From Camelus ferus (taxonomy: Eukaryota), in NCBI RefSeq assembly GCF_009834535.1, contig NC_045697.1, positions 28,770,001 to 28,834,000 of the forward strand: 64,000 nucleotides of DNA. Direction: 5' to 3'. Both the position numbers and the translations under genes were made by a program. Positions within the stretch are counted from its first letter, which is position 1. Every line of letters begins with the position of its first letter. The notes beneath the pieces are model-generated. The model did not search any database, had not been told where the DNA came from, and worked only from the letters and a program-made list of their open reading frames with translations. This document shows positions 23,871 through 35,570 of the stretch, piece after piece.

Positions 23871-26532
23871 ATTATATGTCTCCATTTCCCCTCTCTTCTT
23901 CCTAATCATTTATGATTAGATCTGAATGTTTCATGACATAAAAGATGTCTGTGACATCCCCAGCTCTAAAATGGAGCTGGCTCACTCACCTGTGAGCATT
24001 AAGCTCCTGTCTCCACTGTTCACTCAGAACATCCTTGCTCTTCTTGTCCAGGTTTTTGATTTTCAGATTCTTTGATTCTTACTCACCAAATTTATGTCAC
24101 ACTTCTGGGTCTTCCTGACCTGTCTGGAATTATTTCATCACCCAACTACTCTCAGGCCAACTTTAATTGATTTTAATTTTGCATTTTTATGTGACTTTGG
24201 TGAAGTTGAAGCTTCAGATAGAGGCATTTTCATCAATCAACATAGTCCAGATACAGTGTAGACCGAGTTCTTCTCCCTTCTCCTGCCCTTGAACCTCCAC
24301 ACCCTCCTCACCCAGAATCTCCCCTCAGTTTGGGAAACTGGACAGAAAGTCCTCCAATGTCCTTCCCTGCCTTCCTCCCCACCGTCCCTCTTCCTAGATG
24401 CTGTCCATCCTTTTTGGCATCTTTGCATATTTATCTATGCTGTTTTCCCCCTTGTCCATCCAGCAGACTCTAATTTAAGAACTGTTTCAAGCTTTCCTCT
24501 TTGGTAAAGTCTTGCTTAGTCTATCTTTTCCTCCCCTGAAGGACAAGCTTCACATCTGATTGTACTGGCCCAGGATGGTGCCAGGCATGTAGCTGGATCT
24601 CAGTGAATATTTGTTGAAAGGCAGCCCCTAAAAGGACTGGTCATTTAGTTTCAGGTTCCTGGGGCTGCCCTTGCTGCTATCTTTTCAAATACCCAGATGT
24701 TCAGTTTTTCCTTTGATTCTGTGATACATTTCTGATAAATTCTTTTTTCTTTTCTTTTTTTGGCTAAGCTAGCCAAATTTTTGTTATGTTGCTTGTAATT
24801 ATAGACTCCTAATTGATGCAAGCATGTATTACCTTTATACTGAGAAAAAATGTTTATTTCTTACAACAGAAATATAAATAGACTGTACTTGAGTATTCTG
24901 TTTTTGAGGAAAGTGAGAAACTTCACATTCACCTACTATGGGAGAACTGAAATTTGAAGAGGGTTTTCAATAATAAAGTGGGAGAACAAGACATAGGAGG
25001 CACAGGACCTGTGGCTGGGACACAGTGGTGAAATGCATACAAGGGTCCTCTTCACAAAAAGAGTACATCCAACTTAGGTTGAACTGAAAAAAATTCCTCA
25101 ATGAGCATCGTCGTGCAGGAGCCTCTCCTTGAACTTACTGGAGGCAGGTTTGTTGTCTTTAAAATGGTGCTCTGCACAAAACAGCTTCTCAAAATGTTTG
25201 TTGAAAATTAGATTTAAAAAAGCAAATTGTATGCAGAGAGTGAAATGAGATATTCTTTCTTTGACCTGACTATGAAAAGACTTAAGATAGGAGAACAAAG
25301 ATAAAAGGTGGTGGGAGGGAGACCAGCTCATTTAGGGAGCATACCTCCTAAATGTGCAGACATAGATATATTTCTGGTTGTGCCTCTGCCAATAGGTGAG
25401 GAAGAACTAAATCCAATTAAGGTGTCCATTAGTAAGACTGTATGTCTATCACACAGTCAGGCCTAGCTGCCATCAACACTTGATTTGTGGTCAAACACTG
25501 CTCTCTCTGCTCTTGTAAAACACACAACTCCATCCTTACTATAAGAGATCTAGGAAGGACATAAAATGCCATGAATAGTTTTATAGGTCTTTGACAGATG
25601 ACTCATCTTCCGAATTCCTGCCCCAATTTTGTGTCATTCTAGGGTAGTTGCCCTAAACTGGGAGTGCCCCTCAGAATTATCTTCAGAACTCTGTAGAGAA
25701 AATACACATGGTGGTCCCCACCACAGACCTACTGAATTAGAATCTCTGAGCTTACTGTTTTATTGTCTGTTTTTTGTTTTTGTTTGATTGTTTTTAATCT
25801 TTTTATGGAGATAAAATTTGCTTACAATGAAATGCATAGAACTTTACTGTTTAGTTCAATGAATTTTGACAACTATATACACTCAGTAACCATCACCTGA
25901 AATAATATAATGAGCATTTCTGTCATCCTCAAATTCCCTTGTGTCCAGTCCAATCTGCTCCAGCCTACCAGAGGCAACCATTTTTCTGATTTCTATCACT
26001 ATAACTTAGTTTTGGGATGCTAGGATTTTAAAAAATACTGGTAAGTATAGTTATCACCAACTTGAATAAATCTCAGAAACATAATAATAAGTAAAAAACA
26101 AGTTGTAGAAAAATATAAATTATTTCACTTACAAAAATCATTTACAACTTAAAACAATGACAATTATTCTTTAGAGACTTATGCATGTTGTAAAGACATA
26201 AAAATGTACATGGGAAAGATAATCATTAATTTCAGGATAGAGGCTGCCTTGGGTAGAGTGGGAAGGACTACTAATGAGGAAGTGCACTCAGAGGGCTTTA
26301 ATATTTTATTTCTTAAGCTGCTAGTGGGTACATGGGTGTTCTTTGTATTTGTACATGTCTTTATGTCTATAATATTTCACAATAAAATAATTAAAACTTC
26401 ACAAGGGATTTTGATGCACATGCCCTTCTAATCTCTAGACACCAGGAAATACTCAAAATTTTAATAATTATTTAAGTATAAATATTTCAAAAACTAGGAT
26501 TAATTGTGCCATCATTGGTTCAAGGAGAATTT

Positions 26533-27291
26533 CCTTTGAGGGGTAAGATAATTAGGTTTTTATTTATTTACCTATTGATTATTTTAATGGAGGTGATGCA
26601 GGAAAATGGATGTGGGGCATGAGGAGAGCCATGTTCCACGTCTTGGTGGAGCCCCTTGGACGTGCCTGCCAGGTGTGGGTCCTCGACTTCGCGCAGGAAA
26701 GAATTCAAGTGTGAGCCATGGTTGAGTAAAGGTAGATTTATTTGGAGAGATACATACTGCATAGAGCGTAAGGTAAGAGAAAGGCAAGGAAAGAGGTGTG
26801 AGAGTTGGGTGCTCAGGTTAAAGTAAAGTAGGTGCATCCTCCAAAGACAGAGTGCAGGCCATCTCTGAAGAGGAGGGAGTGAAAAAGGGCGGCCAGGAGT
26901 GGTGTTGCCAGTTTTTATGGGCTCTGTAGCTTCACACGCCTACAGGTGGGACCATTCCAACTGCCCTGGGGAAGGGGCTGGGATTCCCAGTTATTGGGCC
27001 ATGGCCCATTCTTTGGCCTTTTGTGGGCGTGTTATTTATCACGCTGTTACATTGAGCATCTGATGAAGCTCAAGGTCTACTGGAAGTCAAACCTCCTGCC
27101 AACTTAATCTTCAAGGCCAACCAGGAGTTGAATCTTCCACCATTTTGGTGCTAAATTGCTGTCATTCCTTGAATGGCTGTCCCCTGTCCCCTTCCATCCT
27201 GTCCCCTTCCATCCCAGACGTACTGGGGATTGAGCCCAGGACCTTGTGCATGCTAAGTAAGCACTCTACCACTGCACTATATCTTCCTTCC
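26533..27291 (-). mobile_element. Vic-1-like SINE split by an LTR (SINE parts 26533-26593 and 27217-27291)
   Basis: The halves rejoin as AATGGAGG-TACTGGGGATTGAGCCCAGG. TSD CAAGGAG(A/C)ATTT at 26521 and 27292. Confidence 0.9.
26594..27216 (-). mobile_element. ERV1-type solo LTR, copy 1
   Basis: TG...CA ends, 4-bp TSD GAGG/GACG, minus-strand CATAAAA (~26915) and AATAAA (26742-26737); colinear with copies 2 and 3. Confidence 0.88.
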
Positions 27292-27806
27292 CAAGGAGCA
27301 TTTTAAACTTCTATTTTGGCCCTTACTCTGTGGTTAACTGTTATCCATTAAGTACATTATACTCCATTAGAGAACAGATAATATTCTATTTAATATTTTA
27401 GTCCTCTGAGTACCTGTTGTTATATGCATGGCACATACAGATAAAAAAAGTTAAAAAAGGAAGAAGATTCTAAACCTACTAATTGATCCATATTTTAACA
27501 TTACTGATTTGCAGGTTTTCTATCATCCTGCAATATTTTAAGGCCTCTCAATATCTACAAACATCAATTTCACATCCACCTCCTCTTTTAAGGTTTTTGG
27601 GTCCAAAAGGAAAAGAGCAGGCCCAACGGCCTAATAATACCCATCTCATGTCAGTCTTGTTAAGTCACCAGTATAACATTTAGCACACTAGAGAAGGAGA
27701 AAGACAGTTGATATAAAGAAAAAAAGGAAAAGAAGATAAAAGATTCTCGTTTAAAACATACAGATTTAGTTCCAGAAAAATCCTTGAGAATTATTCAGTA
27801 TGGAGA

Positions 27807-28438
27807 TGATGCAGGAAAATGGATGTGGGACGTGAGGAGGGCAGAGTCCCAGGTCTTAGTTGAGCCCCTGGGACGTGCCCTGCCAGTGTGGGTCCTTGGC
27901 TTCACACAGGAAAGAATTCAAGTGCCGAGCCACCGTTGAGTAAAGGTGGATTTATTTAGAGAGGTACACACTGCGTAGAGTGTAAGGCAAGAGAAAGGCA
28001 AGGAAAGAGGTGTGGGAATTGGGTGCTCAGGTTAAAGTAAAAGTAGGTACATACTCCAAAGACAGAGTGTGGGCCGTCTCCAAAGGGGAAAGAGAGCACA
28101 AAGCCCCAGTAGGTGTGGTGTTGTCACTTTTTATGGTCTCAGTAGCTTCACACGCCTACAGGCGGGATCAGTCCAACTACCCTGGGGAAGGGGCTGGGAT
28201 TACCAGGAATTGGGCCACTGCCCATTCTTTGGCCTTTTGCATTAGCCTTGGGGCTGTCATGGGGCCTGTGAGCATATTATTTGATCACGCTGTTACAATG
28301 AGCATATAAATGAAGATCAAGGTCTATTAGAAGTCAAACCTCTTAATCCTCAAGGCCAACTAGGAGGTGAATCTTCCACCATTTTGGCTGCTGTCATTCC
28401 TTGAGTGGCTGTGCCCTGCCCACTTCCCTCCTGTCTCA
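27807..28438 (-). mobile_element. ERV1-type solo LTR, copy 2
   Basis: TGATGCAGGAAAATGGATGTGGG...CCTGTCTCA; highly similar to copy 1. Confidence 0.88.
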
Positions 28439-28819
28439 TTAATGCTAAGGTGTAAAGAAAAGGGTCATTTAATCATGTCAGGGAAGACTTTCAGGGAAGC
28501 TTACCCATGAGTTGAGCCTCGTTTTCTCCATGTCTTTTGTAGATGTCTCCTTATGGTGTTTTTTGCACTGTATTGCACCTACTTACAAGTTGCCCCTAAT
28601 TAGACTATTAATGAATGCCTAAATGGTAGAATTAGAATTGTCTGCATTTTTGTTTCTCCTGAACCTAGTAGATAGCATTGCTCAATAAACATTGATTGGA
28701 ATAAGGACAAGAAAGCAAGAAAAGTGATGGACAGGAAGAAAGTAGACGTATCTGGCTCATAGTAGGGAAGAAGGGAAATAAATATGCAGAAAGAATATTA
28801 AAGGAAGGGAAGTAAAGGT

Positions 28820-29270
28820 ATTAACTAGGATGAGGTTCAGCCATGACTGATAGAAAACCTTCTCCAAAAAACAATGGCTTATAGAAAAGAGAAGTTCATT
28901 TCTCTCTTATAAAAAAGTCTGGAGGTGGATGTTCCAGGGCTGGTAGGGGCCTCACAAATTCTTATTTTGCAGCTTACTCAGACATCAGATGTGGTTTTCA
29001 CCTCATGATCTAAGATGGCTGCTTAACCTCCAGTCATCATGTCCTCATTCCAACTAACAGAAAGGACAAAGGGGAGAAGTGCTTACCCACTCTCTTCAAA
29101 AATACTTTCTGGATATTGTACACATAACTTCTGCTTACTTCTCACTGTCCAGAATTTAGCCTTGACCTCACCTAGTTACACAGGGATTTGGAAAATGTAG
29201 TCTTTATTCTGGGTGACCTCATCCCACATGAAAATCAGAGATTTTATTACTAAGGAAGAAGAAGAAGAAG
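28820..29270 (-). mobile_element. MaLR LTR (MLT1J-like)
   Basis: CAATGGCTTATA..CTAAGATGGCTGCT..CTTCTGCTTACTTCTCACTGTCCAGAATTTAG..GGAAAATGTAGTCTTT. Confidence 0.65.
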
Positions 29271-29479
29271 TGAGATTAGTGAATCAAAGGTATAAATATT
29301 TTTTATACATTACTATGTTTATTATGCATAATATTATATATATTATATATGATATTTTAAATATTAATTGAATACCAGGAAAATGTGCTGTAAAAATGTT
29401 TTTCTTTAAAACAAATTCAAGCTTATTTATTTTTTTCCTTTGTAAAAATCTTTCTTGTTACCTACTGTGAATATAACAT

Positions 29480-29725
29480 AGTAGAGTTTGTAAAACCAAG
29501 GACTCCAGAGCAGAATGCCTATATTTAAAACATGGCTCCATAGTTTACTTGCTGTGGCTTTGTAACTGTGGATAAATCACTTAACCTCTCTAGCTGCAAT
29601 TTCTTTGTCTGTAAAATGAAAATAGTAATAGTACCTACCTTGCAGGTTGCTACAAAGATGAAATGTATTAATATACATAATATATACAACAGTAAGTGCT
29701 CAATAAATATTAACAATTATTATTT
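29480..29725 (+). mobile_element. MIR SINE
   Basis: AAATCACTTAACCTCTCT..TCTGTAAAATGAAAATAGTAATAGTACCTACCT..AAGTGCTCAATAAAT. Confidence 0.85.
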
Positions 29726-29889
29726 ATGGTTGAAACTTTAGAACATTCAAACAATTAGAAAGAGTAGGAAAAGTGATCTATAGTTCCACTTCCCCAGAAC
29801 AACCAATATTAAAATAATGCTGTATTTACTTACAATCTAATTGTTATGGATATTTTTACACAGTTGGAATACTTATGTATATGATTCAT

Positions 29890-30315
29890 ATCCTGCTTTA
29901 GTCCAGATCCGCTCCTCTTCCTTCTCCATTCTACTTTGTGTCCCCAGAGGTTGACCAATAAGGACTCCATCAATGGGTTCTATTGGGTTCTTCTATATGG
30001 ATTACCAATAAGGACCACCAGGCAAGGTTATTTACTTTCCACTCCCTCTTTGAGGGATTGCTTTGCATTGGCTGTGTCCCTTTACAGAAGGTTCCAGCTC
30101 TTATCAGAGGCTTTCTCTCTCACACAGCTACCCTTTCTGGGATCCTCCCTTCAGATGTAGGATTGATAATAGCTGTTGACAGACCTGAAGCTCTGCAATA
30201 ATCCTTACTGGTTTCCCTAAACCTTTTGTAAATAACCCCTTTATTAAATCCCCTCAGATTACCCCATTTGAGTGTACCATGTCCTTTCTTCTAGGACTTT
30301 GACTGACTCATACAT
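29890..30315 (+). mobile_element. ERVL LTR (LTR16-like)
   Basis: CCTTTTGTAAATAACCCCTTTATTAAA..ATTACCCCATTTGAGTGTACCAT..GACTGACTCATACA end. Confidence 0.55.
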
Positions 30316-31014
30316 AGGAGAACAAGAATTTTTTCAGAGAGTTTATTTTAGTAGGTGTATAATATTCTATAGTGCCAATGTACCTTAACAATAGTAGCAA
30401 TTAGTTAATGTATGTGTACTTTACAGACACCAGTTTTATTCATTTCAACCCCAGGGACTGGTAGTTTACAGATGAGGAAATTGAGCCTCAAGGAACTCTG
30501 AAAATTTACTTGCCTTCGGTTACAGAGCTGGTAAGCTGCAAGGTTAGTCTGACTTCAGAATCTGTATTCTTCCCATTAAACCTAGTGGTTCCAGAGCCTG
30601 GCTCATCATCAGATGAATGTATGGAGTTTTATTTATTTATTTTTTCTGTGTCCACTCACAGAGAGCTTAATTTTGTAGGTCCAGAGTGAGACCCAGAAAT
30701 CTCTATTTTTATAAAAATTCCTCAGAGGATTCTGATAATCGGTTAGATTTTGAAAGAAATTACCTCATTTTAGGATGCTTATGTTTCCTTTCGTTGGATA
30801 TTTTGATCATCTGTATATTTGGTTTTTATAAATAAGGCTGCAGTGAAGATGGTTATATACAAAGCTTTGTCTGTAATTTGTATTGTTTACATAGAATAAG
30901 TCCCAGAAGAGTGATTAGTGAATCAGTGATATAAATATTTTTGATTCTGGATGTTTCATTCAAACATTTATTCACTCAGCTACTCAAATATTCACTTAAA
31001 ATATACATTCCTTA

Positions 31015-31186
31015 AATAACAAGTTTCTACTATATAGCACAGGGAACTATACTCAATATCTTGTAGTAACCTATAGTGAAAAAGAATATGAAAAGGAATA
31101 TATGGATGTATATGTATGACTGAAACTTTATGCTGTACATCAGAAATTGACACAACATTGTAAACTGCCTATACTTCAGTTAAAAA
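31015..31186 (+). mobile_element. Short LINE-1 3' end (artiodactyl-type)
   Basis: TATAGCACAGGGAACTATACTCAATATCTTGT..ACATTGTAAACTGCCTATACTTCAGTTAAAAA. Confidence 0.85.
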
Positions 31187-31199
31187 GTACAGTCTTTCT

Positions 31200-32280
31200 A
31201 CAAATATTTATTTACCATGTGCCAAGCACTGTGCTGAGGGTTTGAAATATAACAGCAAGACACATAGTGGGGAGACAGAAATTAAAATAATTATCCAAAT
31301 GAAGTACTTAAGTTTTAATTGTATGAAGAAGAAGTAAAGGGGAATATAATCTGGTTTGGGGATGATTATTGAAGATATTACTAAGGAAATGATATTTAAA
31401 TTGAGGCTTGATGAATGAGTAGAAGTTAGCTATGCAAAGAGAAAGGAGATCGCATTCCAGGCAGAGAAAGTAACATATGCAAAGGCTCAAAGGTGTGGGA
31501 GAATTTGGAAAGTAACATAAAATTAGATTTATGACTAAAAAGACAGTATAGATATACTGAAGTGAAGCAAGAGTGAATGAAAAGGGATGAATTAAGAAGT
31601 TATTGCAGCGGTTTATGAAGGACATGGAGTAAAAAGACATGATTGACAACTTGAAGTGGTATCACTTACCAGAGAAGTAAGTGTATAGATTACAGATATG
31701 TGTAGAAAGTAGGATCTATAGGACTAACGAGTCCTATAGATTATTAATTGTATAAAAGTGGTAAAGAAAAAGGAGAGAATGAATCCCAGGTTTCTGGTAC
31801 AGACAAGTGGCTGAATGATGTTATTTGCCAAGAGAGGGACAGTGGAGGCAGACGAGGTTTGCAAGCGATCATCATGAATATGGTTTTGGCAGTATTAAGT
31901 TTTGAGATGACCAAATATGTGATGTCTGAGTGGAGATGTTGAGTTGGGAGTAAGAGACAGTGATCTGGAGCTCAGAAGAGAAATCTTGTGTAAAGAAACA
32001 AAATTGATACTGAAACCACTGAAGTGGATGGAATGTATAGTGTAAAGAAAGAATATACAGAGTGTCAAGAAGAGAAGGTTAATGACTGCACCTGGAAGAG
32101 CCTAACATTGAAGGGCTGGATAAAGAAGAAGGTCCAAAAGAAAACTGAAAAATAATGAGCACAGAAGCAGGAGGAAAACCAAATGTGTGTGTTGTAATGG
32201 AAATTCAAGAGAAAAGAGATGTTTCACTGGAAAGCTGTCAAAAAGTCAAAAGTTTTTGAGTGATCAAGATGAAAATGAAA
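31200..32280 (-). mobile_element. L2 LINE fragments
   Basis: TACCATGTGCCAAGCACTGTGCT..CATTCCAGGCAGAG..TCTGGAGCTCAGAAGAGA. Confidence 0.7.
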
Positions 32281-32349
32281 AGCAATGGTTAAATTTAGCA
32301 AGAGAAGTTGATGGAATGAGTTGAGAAGTGAATGGTATGCACAAAATAA

Positions 32350-33715
32350 TATTTCATCAAATGAACAAAGGTAATCACTGCAGTACTCATTGTGGAAAAA
32401 TTGGACTGTCTCCTACTATGGCAAAGGATAGATACACTGTGACAGTCATACAATGGGATTCTAAAATGTAATAAAAATAAATGGACTAACATTATAGGTA
32501 TCAACATGGATAAATGTAAAAATTAACTCAAAACAGATCACAGATTAAAAGTAAAATGTAAAACTTATAAACGTCTACCTGAAACAGAAAACTAGGAACC
32601 TAAGCTGCCTCGATGAAGAATTCTTAGATATTACACCAAATGCATGCTCCATTTAAAATTTTTTGATAAGTTGGACTTGTTAAAATTAAAAGCTTTTGCT
32701 CTGATTTGCAAACCACATATCTGATAAAGGATTTGTATCTGGAATATTCAAAGAATCCTTGACAGTTAAAAAATAAATCCAATTAGAAGATTGGTAAAAG
32801 ACATGAAGAGACTTTTCACCAAATAAGATATACTTTACTCATGCAAATAAGATGTTTAACTTCACTAGCCATTAGTGAAATGCAAATTAAGACTATAATG
32901 AGATATCACTGCACATCTATTAGAAAAGATATAATAAACAAAAAAATAGTGGCAATAGCAAATGCTGGTGAGAATGCTGAGCAACTCACTGCTTGTGGGA
33001 ATGCACAGTGATACAACACACTGGAAACAAATTTGGCAGTTCCTTAAAGAACGAAACATACATTAACCACACAACCCAGCACTTGCACACCTGGATGTTT
33101 ATACTAGAGAAATGAAAATTTATGTTCACATATAAACTGTTCATGAATGTTCATAGCAGCTTTATTTGTAATAGCCTTCATCTGGAACTCAGTGAAATGT
33201 CCTTCAGTAGGTGAATGGTTAAATAACCTGTGGTACATCCATACCATGAAATACTCAGCAGTAAAAGGAACAAACTATTGATATATGCAACAACTTAGAA
33301 GGATCTCAAGGGCATTATGCAGAGTGAAAAAGCCAAACTGAAAAGGATTCATACTGAGTGATTCCATTTATACAACTTCGTAGAAATGACAAAATTATAG
33401 AGATGGAATATAAATTAGTGGTTGTCAGGGCTTGTGTGGTGGATATGTGTCACTATAAGAGGGTAGCACAAGGGAAATCTTTGTGGTAATAGAAAGTTCT
33501 ATTGTAATAGTAGTTACAAAAATCTACACATGTGATAAAATGGCATAGAGCTATATACACACATTGTACTGATGTCAATTTCCTGGTTTTAATATTGTGC
33601 TATAGTTAAGTAAAATGTAATTTTGGGGGAAACTGGATGAAGGGTATACAGGACCTCTCTATCTTTGCAACTTCCTGTGACTCCATAATTATTTCAAAAT
33701 TAAAACTTAAGAAAA
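32350..33715 (+). mobile_element. Old LINE-1 (L1MC-like) 3' region
   Basis: TTTGCAAACCACATATCTGATAAAGG..ATGTTCATAGCAGCTTTATTTG..GCAACTTCCTGTGA..ATTTCAAAAT. Confidence 0.88.
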
Positions 33716-34313
33716 TAATGATGGATAAGAAGCAAGTTGCAAATATATATAGTGACATATTCATGTAAAATTTTAACACACAAATCCATAGTATATATTG
33801 TTTAGGGCTATGTTAATTTATAGTAGCGTGAATAAAGTGAAATTGTTTATTTTACAGTTCAAAAAGATTAAGTATTAAAATTTTGTATAGTCAAACTTAA
33901 TGGTAAAGTTCAAATACATGCAAGGATGGTAATGATACACATCAATTTGAGAATAATGACTGCTTTACGGAAAGGAGATAGAGGAGATGGGGATAAGGCT
34001 TTTGGTGTATCCATAATAGGAAGGAAGTATAGAAAAATATAAAAGTTTGCTTGCAAAGAGTAGTAGAGAAATGAGACCTGATTTGGAATGTGGGGAGATG
34101 GAGTTCAGATGGGGCTTTTGTTGTTCATTTGTTTTTGCTATTTATGTTGGGACAGACTACATCTTATTTCAATATTGAAGGAAAATATTCAGTAGAAAGT
34201 TGAAAATTCAGTAAGACAGATGGCAACAAGTCCAAAGATAAGGTGAAGAAACATCAAAATGGGAATAATTGAACACGTAAGCTGTAAACATTGAAGGTTA
34301 TGGTTAACGAGTA

Positions 34314-34725
34314 GTGAAAGACAGAATATACAAATGGACAATGACCAAACCACATATGACAACAGAATACTGACAACCACCTCTGCAGCAATGGGCACAA
34401 AATTGATCAGGACTTGGTCAATGACTGCCAGTTCCTCAGTCACCCCCTCCCCTTTTTTGGCCCTCCCTTCTAACTCAGAACAAGAGAAAGCCAAATGTAC
34501 TCCCTAAACCATTTGTATAACATACCTCATTTCTAGCTAGCCCACCACCAGCTTCCCCATGCCAACAAACACTGACCAGAGCATACCTGAAGTTTTCTCT
34601 CTCTTTTTTTAACTATAAAGCTTTCCTGCTTGCCAAAAGCAAGTGATGGTGTCTCACTTCTTTGCCATTGCAATCTCTGAATAAAAAGCCTCTGCTTTCA
34701 TTTCGATGATCTCCATTTATTTCCA
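34314..34725 (+). mobile_element. ERV1 LTR (MER89/90/110-like)
   Basis: TCAGGACTTGGTCAATGACTGCCAG; TATAAA ~34614; AATAAA ~34680. Confidence 0.6.
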
Positions 34726-35364
34726 CGGTAGAAAGGTTGAATGCATGATTTTGAAGGTAGATTTATGATCCTTTGTGTGAGAGGCTGAGGTGGAGTAAGA
34801 AATCAGTTGAAAGATGGGGATATCAAGAAACTGCAAAGACAAACTTTGCATAGATGGTCTTTGTAGATGTTAAAACTCAGAAAACTGGCTTTAAGAGAAA
34901 ATGACTGTTGTCAAAAGTGCTAAAGTAAATGAGAGAAAGTGGCTGAGAAGTCAACAGTAGCAAGACATTTTCAGGGATGAGGTGGGGATAGTGTTGTTTT
35001 CATACTTAGCTTTGAGGTAGCACTTTCAGTCGTCCCTTGAAGAAATGCCAGTAGGCTGAGGATCAACTGTGAAAAAGAGTACCTGTCTCCGTCCTAGTAG
35101 TGGGAGAGGCAGGTATTAGAGTGAATGTGCTAAGTTCTGTATCAGAGGAGTAAGAGTGCTATGGAAGCACCACAGGATGAAACCTAGTCAAGATTTTGAG
35201 CTAGTGAGTTCAAAGTATTGGTCAAAAATAGTTGATATTATAAACCACAGAGAATTTTACTCAGTAAAATAGGAAGAAAGTGTGGAAGGGGTACGTTTCT
35301 CTTAAGTAAAAGCAGTCTGAGCAGGAGACAAACTACCTCTCAAGGTTTGCCAACTAGTAGGAGA

Positions 35365-35570
35365 AGGGGAAGAATGAGGCAGACCCAAGGAGAGAACAGA
35401 GGGAGAGTCCTCGAGGGGAGGGGGAAAGGCATAGAGAGAGAGAGAAGAAAGACAGGGAGGGAGAGGAAAAGATGGAGGGAGGTAGGGAAGGAGAAAGGGA
35501 TGAAGACGGAGAGAGGTAGGGAGGGAGTATCGGAGAAAGGGAGAAAGACAGACAGACAGACTAGAGACTA
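35365..35570 (+). repeat. Polypurine GA-rich tract
   Basis: ~200 nt of almost only A and G, ending in (GACA)n. Confidence 0.8.

Noticed and set aside
26594..28438. Two LTRs as the ends of one deleted provirus
   Set aside because: Copy 1 has its own TSD inside a SINE, and the spacer has no recognisable PBS, PPT or viral coding sequence.
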